NCBI GenBank assembly: GCA_018398765.1
Contig: JAHBMJ010000109.1
Span: 1-56,679, forward strand
Length of the DNA: 56,679 bases
Direction: 5' to 3'
From: Chromera velia
Lineage: Eukaryota
Positions 48,325 to 56,679 of the stretch are shown piece by piece. The notes under the pieces are model-generated. The model did no database searches, had not been told where the DNA came from, and was given only the letters and a program-made list of their open reading frames with translations. How positions within the stretch are numbered: the stretch's first letter is position 1; every line of letters starts with the position of its first letter. The translations under genes were made by a program, and so were the position numbers.

Positions 48325-49753
48325 AGAAAGATGACACTCAGGCCAAATGATCAAAAAGCTTTGCGAAGCTTGCAACGAGAAAACCAGCTGGAAAGAGAAA
48401 AATCGGTTTTCCTTTTCCGGAAAACTGCGAAGGAAGGTGGCCTTCCAGAAACATCCAGAAACCTATAGAAACCTCCATGAAACCTCCTTAACGATCGACC
48501 TTTTTTTCCTGCGTGACTCATGCAGGAATTTTGAGGAGACTCCAAACTGCCTGGGCCGCACGGGGCCGGCCGGGATGTATCCACGGGCCGGGCCGTGCCC
48601 ACTGCGCCCGGGATCTGCAAGGCCCGGGGCTCTTACTAATAGATGATTGCCATGCAGCTATGCATTCGGTTCAGCCTAGATTGCCCTGAAAAGCCCCAGT
48701 TCGCTCATGGATTCTGCCCATAACCCTCCGAAGTGTGCTACTCGATATGTGTGCAAACTAGTGCAAACTGTCACTGCAAAGTGTTTTTCTGTTATATTAA
48801 GCAATTGCAGAAACCAGCAGGAGCAACATCCACATTCGCCGGGCTGCTGCAGCAGCCGCATATATAGCCGCATACTACCGCATGTGTGCATGTATATATA
48901 CATAAAGCCGCTTGAGAACACAGTCTACATGCATAAATTCAATTGCATTATAGATTGTATGATTTTATCTGATTTGATAATCTGTCAACTTTTTTTACGT
49001 ATTTTTGTAAACTGTTAGCTAATAATTACCGCGTTGAAACGCGGGTCTGCCAGTATTCGGCTTGCTAGAGCTAGCTCAAGTTGTGCCACTCAACTTTTTG
49101 ACTCCCAATCTTTAAATTTTTCTTAGCAGGGTAAATAGATTAAAACAGGACCACAACAAGTGAATTCTTAGAGAGGAGAGAACCAAAATGTGCATTAAGC
49201 TAACCTACTAAGCATGCATCGATTATTTATCGATACATGCATCACCCTATTTTTATATAGAAAGATGCTAGTGAAGATGTCCTTCAAGAGGTTAATTTAA
49301 AGACCTACTAAGGGATTTTGCTATTTGTCTAGCTGTCTGTATTTAAATGATGAAATTAGTAAATCTTTACATAAAAAATAATTAAAACATTTGTAAATAT
49401 CCTTGCTTGCCAGGACCGCTGCAAAAATATATTTCTATTACAGTCTTTTTCACAAGATGTCTGTGCTTTGAACAAAAGAAAAGGCCGGTCGTTTCTGCTT
49501 GCTGCGCTCATAACCACTGGCAGCACATCTTGTACGTCAAAGGCTGATCCTGGCAGGCATTTTTCATTTTTGTTCTTTTCGTTTTTGTTCTCACTTGCTA
49601 GTTCACTGGGCAGAAGGAAGAAGCACCGGTCGACGAGCAATCGACTTTGCATTGCACAGAAGAAAGGTGTGAATTCAAACTTGCACAGGAAAAAAGAATT
49701 CTCTTTGGGGGAGACTGTTTTTTCTTTCCGCTTCATTTATCATGTAATGATCA

Positions 49754-49770
49754 ANNNNNNNNNNNNNNNN
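49754..49770. other. Assembly gap (N run) followed by a poly-G tract
   Basis: 17 Ns then 13 Gs. Confidence 0.99.
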
Positions 49771-49877
49771 GGGGGGGGGGGGGAACGAGCGACAAAGACA
49801 CAAAGGAAGAGGCAGGCGTCCGCACGCGCCAACCAGTCCTCCCCGCCATCTCCTGATGAGACAGTCGCTATTCTCAA

Positions 49878-52853
49878 TCAGTGAGTCGCCACGGGATCGT
49901 AATTTGTTTCCTCCATCCCTCCTGCTCCCTCCTTTGCCTCCTCTCCCCCATCGACCAACTCCCCTGCCTCCACTGGCGCGTTCCCCTCTCCCTCAACCTT
50001 CCCGTCTTCTTCCTCTTCACCCGCCCCAGACACATCCACAACATCAGTTGTGGGGAGTATCTCTGTCTTGAGACCGTCTCCGTCCGTCTCCTCCTCTGCA
50101 GGGGCCCCGGCCGTCTCCTCTCCATCCTCACGGGGGTGGGCCCCCTCTGCCGGGCCCACTCCCTCCAGATCCCCGGTCTCCAGCGGCAACGCACCCCCTT
50201 CTCCGTCTCCGTCTCCCTCAGCTGGCCCTGTCGCTGCAGCTGCTGCTGCATCACCTGTATCGTCCGGATCTGCTGGGGGGGCCTCGGCAGACGTGCCCTC
50301 TCCCTCCCCGTCCTCTGCAGGTGGTGGGGTCTCCTGCTCCTGCTCTCTCGGCTTCACCTCCACCCTCATGCCTGCTGGCTGCTCCCCTTCCCCTTCTCCT
50401 GCTGCTGCCGGGTTGTCCGAAAGGACCGAGGAGGGGCCGGCCTCCGTGGCGGAAGGGCCTCCAACAGGCCGAGCCGCGCTGTCAGAAGTGATGCTCGTCT
50501 GGTTGTGGGGGTGCGAGGTCTGGCTCTGGGACTGCATCTGTGACGTGGGCACGTGGGCCGATGTGCCTGTGTGAGAGGTGTGCCCCGGCATGGCACCTGT
50601 AGAGGGCCCCAGACCCTGCTCAACCTCGGAGGTACTGCACACACTTCCAGTCATACACACCCGCGCATGGAGGTACTCGTAAACACACGTGCGTACACAC
50701 ACAGAAAGACACATGGAAACACAGATTGGCACACAAATAAACACACAGACATTCAGACATAGAACTTTTCAGGTATGCGACTTTGCTGACTTGAAGAAGA
50801 TACACCAACTTATCCGTCTTTCTAACGCAAACGGATTAGGTCGCTCTTTCACTCGCTTGCGAAGTCTCCCCGTATTCCAACCCATACCTCTCTCACACAC
50901 ACACCTCTACACGCAGACTGCTTAACTGACCGACTGACTGACTGACTGACTAACCGGTCTCTGAGAACGAGCACTTCAGTGAGAGGCTTGCCCCCGTCCC
51001 ACCCCCCCACGATGACGAGGTGAGGTCCGATCACACACACAGAGTGGCCGTATCTGTTCGAGGGGGGCACGCCCACGTACCTGCATGAACACATGCCACC
51101 ACAGCACCAAACACATGATGACAAGGACATCAATAGGTCGTTGGGGAGCAGCGTGTCTTCCAACAAACAGGCAAAAAAGAAAGACTTGCTTTAATAGCCA
51201 TCTATCTCCACCCCATATCGCAACAGACACACAAACAGACAGGGAAATAGATGAAGAGACTGACAGAGGCCCAAAACGAACATGAACCCACAAAAACACC
51301 AAAACAAAAAGAGGTGTAGACAAACAAACAAACAAACAGACCCGCACTGGATCCACGCCATGTCTGCTGTCCTCAGGCTCATCAGTCCGTCGCCCGTCTG
51401 GTGTCCCTCGGGTGCCGCTCTGTCGGACATTCCGCCCTGTCGGTGTCTGCGCGCATCGATCAAAGGAGGGAGGGAGGGGAGGGAGGGACGTTCTCGGGGG
51501 AGGTGAGGAGAAATAAGAGGGCAGAATTCACTAAGGCGCACGTGGAAAGGGTGGGCTCGTCGATCAAATGGATTGACAAAGAAAGAGGAATTCCGAACAA
51601 TCGTTACGTACGCATGGACCCTCCCTGCACGAACGCATGAATACCACTTGCACGCCGATACATAGCTGTTCTCTCCTCTTCCCTTCTCCCCTCTCCTCTC
51701 CTCTTCCCTTCTCTTCTCTTCTCTTCGTTGAATGACGTCCAACCCAGCCCGGGGGACGTCTCGACAGTATGGACGCGTAAGCAAATGCGGAAAAAACAAA
51801 GTGCATGGCAGAAGTACTAAGCAAAGAATACAACCCAAAAGAGCTGACTTGACTCCCGTGGTCTTTTTCAGGCCCTTCCAGCCGCCTGCACGCAGAAATT
51901 CATTTCATCCCTTTGTGTACGTGGAAACAGGTGAAAGCTCCATGGGACCCAGGTAAGCGTGCGAACAACTGTGTAAAGCGAAACATGGTGGAAAAAAAGA
52001 ACCGAGCGCAGTGACAAACTGAGCACCCTCCTGTGCAAAACACCGACTGTTTCCCCGAAAATAAAAGAGAACAGCAACAGGAAAAAACCCTGAGACGGCC
52101 GGCACAGAATGCGAGAGGGAACAGCGAGAAAACACATATTAATAATGCCAAAAAAAAAAATATTGGAAGAACAGAAAGGAGAAAAAAAAAAATCGTGTGA
52201 CAGCAAACAGAAAGACCCAAAGGAATCACAAGTCTGACCAAAGACGATCAGATCGTCGTCAGAGAGAACAACCGTGTGACCGAATCTGCAACCATGATCA
52301 AGGAAATAGAAGAGGCCACATTCACGGTCGACGCAAAAGCATGATTAAGCGACAGATCTCTGGACAGAGAAGGTAAACAGTGTGGAATAAATTGGCTGTC
52401 TGGCGGAGAATATGAAGGCCAAAAGAATCGACACACACACACACACAAAAGCTCACACACAGAGCGACGGAGGGTTCTAGAAGGAATTTTTCCGTCTGAT
52501 CCCCCCTTTATCCTAGCTCGATCCAGTGCGATTAGCTAGAACAAAGAGTCTTTGCAGTGATTTTCCATCGGCTTTCTTCGTTTCCCCTTTTACAAATTCT
52601 GCCTTGAAGGAAGTGCAGCCTGTCCTCTCCTGACCTTCCGGAAGGAGGTGTCCCTGTGGTGCGAAGTCTCGACCAGACCTGCATAGATGGATGCATGGAT
52701 CGATGTATCGATGCGTACGTACATACATACACACATACACGTGCACGTACGGACCTACCTAGATGCGTTCATTCGTGTACACCAAGTGGGTCTCGACCAG
52801 ACTTTAAGAGAGAAGGAGTTGACCCTGAGTTGAAAATTGAAAGTGAGAATCAG

Positions 52854-52892
<39 letters not shown>

Positions 52893-53287
52893 CCAGATGA
52901 GGAATCGAGAGAACTCCGACATCGTTGAGGTAGCACTGGTTCAGGGCGTCCCCCCCGGAGGCAGAACGTCTGCACTCACAAGAATGGAGAGACACACGAA
53001 CTCGAGTGGGGCATTCAAGCAAAAAGAAAAGTTACGGTCAAAACACGGCACAAATCGAAACCCAACAAAAAGGGGACGAGGAAAGAGAAGATGCAGGGAA
53101 AGACAAACCAAACGCTGTCCAGATACTTGACCAATAATAATCAATACAGGAAACAAAAGAAAGAGAGACACCCACCCACCCACCCGATGCTGCCTGGATC
53201 CTTGATGCACAGCCCCCCGTGTACAACCATGTTGTCTCCAACCTGCAATTGCGCGCATGCGAAGGATTGGGGGGGCATACATGCACC

Positions 53288-53328
<41 letters not shown>

Positions 53329-53352
53329 ACACACACATGCAAACACACACAC

Positions 53353-53390
<38 letters not shown>

Positions 53391-53619
53391 GAGACAAAGA
53401 AAGCGTACACACACACACACACACACTCATACGCACACGCACGCATGCACAATCAAAAAGACAAACACAGAAAGAGGAAGAAGAAGACAAAGAAAGCGGT
53501 ACACACACACATACGCACACACACACGCACGCACGCACGCACAATCAAACAGACAATCAGAAAGAGAAAGAGGAAAATGAAGAAAGCTATGCACACACAC
53601 GTTCAGACACACACAGACC

Positions 53620-53659
<40 letters not shown>

Positions 53660-53839
53660 TACAAGGAGAGAGAGAGAGAGAGAGAGAGAGCAAGCTTATT
53701 GACTGACCATGAGTGCCGCGTGATGAGCCCGAGGAGAAGGGACACTGCCGATCGTATCGGGAACACTCCAAGCTGCACTCACTCACTCATCCATCCATTC
53801 GGTTGATACATCCAAGTATCTTTCGAGCCATCTGTCTCC

Positions 53840-53890
<51 letters not shown>

Positions 53891-56116
53891 GGAGAGAGAA
53901 AAAAAAAAGCGAAGACGAACTGAGCCCCAAACGAGAACAACGCAACAGGGGGGAACGACCAGAAAGCAATAAAGAGAAAGACAGACGGACCCATCGAGGC
54001 TAAGTCGAAGGCAAAGAGGTCGCTGAAGAAATCGGTGCCGTTGGTTCCGCCAAAGAAAAAAAGACGGGTGCCCGACTGCATGGCAGGTAGAAGAATGAGT
54101 AAATCATGCAATCTTGCAAAACCATGTAATAAAACGAGAGTATGTTCCTTCCTGAAAAGGAACGAAGAATCCTTGACTGTCCAAAGAGAATCGGACACGA
54201 TTTGGAACAACACTCGAGTCAACACAGCACAATGAGACAGAGTTCGATGAGGCAGCAAGACCACCCAAAAAAAAAGGAAAATGCCCATCCTCAACGTTTC
54301 TTTGCCTCTTTCTTCAACGCACGCGTCAACTGACCAGCACGCACGTGTGACCCTGCCGGGCCCCGGGGGCCCCCCCTGAGTTCGGTCCCTGGTACCACGT
54401 CAGAGTGGAGGCGTCAAGGGCGTGCAAATCTGCATCCAGCGCGTCATGTAACGAGAATCAGGGGGGAAAAGAGAAAAAAGGGTCATTCATTGTTGCCAAT
54501 GAAAACGCAAAGATCATCGTGGGGCCAAAAAGTAAAACAAAAGCCTCGATCATTCATTTTGAGGAGGTGGACGGACCTAGAAGGCAGTGATGCGAAAGAA
54601 GAGGGGGAAATAAACAAGCAATCAAAGAAGAGGAAAAATGGAACGAGATCCAGGAAGTAAGGATAGAGCCAGAAAGGAAGATCAGTGGATGACGGAATGC
54701 TCGTTTTTCTTCAGTCCCTTTTTCTCCTGCCCCTGATGCATGCATTGATTCTTCGACTTGCCTCTGAAATGCTTCCCGCTCTTCCCCCTGCCCCCGAAGT
54801 ACACGATCCGAGTGCCCACCAGACTGCCCGTGTGCCCGTATCGAGGCTCAGGAGGGGTCCCTTTGCAACGGGGCTGCAGTTGAATTTATGAAGAGTAAAA
54901 GAGCATCCAAGAATGCAAGTGGACAGAGACACTTAGTTGGGGTACATGGGTAGAGCATTTGCAGGTCCAAGGAAAGAAACATGGGCAGGGAGGAGGAAAA
55001 AGGAAGTATACGTGTGCGCACTAGAAAAGAAAGGGAGCACAGCAGAAGAACACAAACCACAATCCGAACACACACAGACTCACAGACACAAACACCCCCC
55101 ATCCCCCACCTCCCACCCCCACCACACACACCTGCAGCCATGAGTTCGAGTCCACGTCCAGAATGTGCACATCGTTGAAGTAGGAGAACCCAGAGTCGAT
55201 GCCGTCGTACCTGCAAGTAGAGGTCCAAATAAAGTGCAACGGCACTGAGGCAAGCACGGGTATGCATACGCACTCAAAGTGCTCACCTGCGATCGGTCAC
55301 TGTCCGACAGAGGATCAGACACTGCTACCTTTGAGCTCACTGAGAAACTGGTTGAGCGAAACACAAGGAACTCGTCTTCACAGTACAGGCGTACGACTCT
55401 TTGAATTTGTAGACACACGGAGCGCATCTTCACTGCATTTCACTATATATAATCGTACGAGTCCCTAGCCGTCTACACGCAGCCAAGTTTCACCAGTCGA
55501 CGTACCTGTGGCCTCCAAAGACGACGATAAGGGATCCCACCAGAGTGGCCGTGTGGCCTCCTCGGGCGCTTGGGCCTATGCCTTCAACCTGCACAATCAA
55601 GCGCAGAGAGCGAAGAAGCAGGGAAAGGCGTGCTTGACGGTGGAGAAAGCCAATAGATGCAAGCGTATGTCGGGATAAAGAGAATCCAGACAAACATATT
55701 CACTGCTTTGCGTGTTTTGGTTCTCGCAACACAACTAGCGACAAAATCCGTCCGCCAAACCTCTATATATCAATGCGTGCATGTACACTTTGGTGTTTTC
55801 AGAAAGAGAAAGATAGAGAGAGGAAAGAGAGTCAGGGGACTCGAGCATTCTGACGCAGAAGCACAAAGGTGTCGTGGTACTGCAAAGATTCGACAAACAA
55901 GTGGGTCAATCGACCGCTTCTTCATGCGCATCTCAGATCGAGAGAGGTATGTGAATCAGTGAAACAACAGTAGGAAGAAATGTATTCAGACAAGCCTTCT
56001 TCCCTCTCTACTTTCTTCGTTCTCACCTGAGGACGTGCCCATTGCCAATAGCGTTCCCGCACAGGCAGCCGCTCGTCAAAACGATCGTCGGGGGCGTTCA
56101 GAAGGGCCGCCAGCAT
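49878..56116 (-). CDS. Kelch-repeat beta-propeller protein (KLHDC/Rab9-effector-like) with an acidic C-terminal tail, multi-exon
   Basis: Exons: MLAALL..WQWARPQ (56116-56027); VEGIGPSARGGHTATLVGSLIVVFGGHR; FSYFNDVHILDVDSNSW; LHALDASTLTWYQ..PPGARQGHT; RLFFFGGTNGTDFFSDLFAFDL; GDNMVVHGG; WSRLRTTGTPPSGRSG; GVPPSNRYGHSVCVIGPHLVIVGGWDG; final acidic exon ending at 49878. Confidence 0.88.
53285..53690. repeat. (CA)n/(GA)n compound microsatellite in a kelch-gene intron
   Basis: Directly visible. Confidence 0.95.
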
Positions 56117-56271
56117 CTTTCGTTTTGCTGAACTGTTTCGTTGTGACTTTCGAACGAGAAAGAAAATGAAGGAAAGTCAACCAACAGTCCGTTTGTAAGC
56201 TTGGTCAGTCGCTCTCTTCGCTCACTCTTGCTCTCTCTTTGTTCGCAGTCTCTGTTACGTGTTCAAGCACA

Positions 56272-56679
56272 CGTCCATTCTCTTGTGGAGTCTTGTTGAA
56301 CTACGAAACTGCATCAACATGATTGCATGCAAAACAGCTAGACGTCATCTAGCTAGACGTCACATACAGAGTGCGCATACCCTGGACATTAATTTGTGTG
56401 CATTTTTATAAAAAATAAATTATAGATGCATTCAACTTTAAAGAAATCTAGTCCTGAAGAAAATTTACTTTTCAAATCATTTACTGTCATTTAACATTGA
56501 CATGAAACTTTTCTTTCCTTGCAATTTGTGACACAAAGTCTGATTTCTCTGTTCTCTCCCTGGGTGCACCGCTCATCTCCAAAGCGTCCATTCTCTTGTG
56601 GAGTCTTGTTGAACTACGAAACTGCATCAACATGATTGCATGCAAAACAGCTAGACGTCATCTAGCTAGACGTCACATA
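56272..56679 (+). repeat. 95-bp exact direct repeat (56272-56366 and 56585-56679)
   Basis: CGTCCATTCTCTTGTGGAG...GACGTCACATA occurs twice. The second copy runs to the window end. Confidence 0.93.

Noticed and set aside
52941..53806. CV/HT repeat ORFs
   Set aside because: (CA)n microsatellite translations.

Overview
Eukaryotic, intron-dense genomic DNA with GT..AG introns (mostly TGCAG acceptors), abundant microsatellites and frequent TGCATGCA motifs. The style suggests an alveolate such as a chromerid; this is an inference and is not proven. Six spliced genes can be reconstructed. (1) + strand 187-10232: an array of 18 single-ankyrin-repeat, phase-0 cassette exons in a 35/35/33-codon rhythm, joined to one intronless 3.1-kb exon encoding a possible SOCS/F-box-like motif, a coiled coil, an atypical Ser/Thr kinase and a RING1 + Rcat(RING2)-like E3 module. 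(2) A bacterial-type Nramp-related permease (-). (3) A TMEM104/AAAP-like amino-acid transporter (-). (4) A Gly-rich protein of unknown function (+). (5) A Ded1/DDX3 DEAD-box helicase (-). (6) A kelch-repeat protein (-). There is also a decayed non-LTR retrotransposon (RT + CCHC) with a nested ~500-bp insertion, large (GAAA)n tracts, a scaffold gap and a 95-bp terminal duplication. The best candidate for an undescribed system is the modular ankyrin-cassette/kinase/RBR-like gene, a possible diversifying recognition-plus-ubiquitination receptor. The second is the TpA-rich, RIP-like composition of the intergenic and repeat DNA. Most ORF-track entries are exon fragments or microsatellite artefacts.
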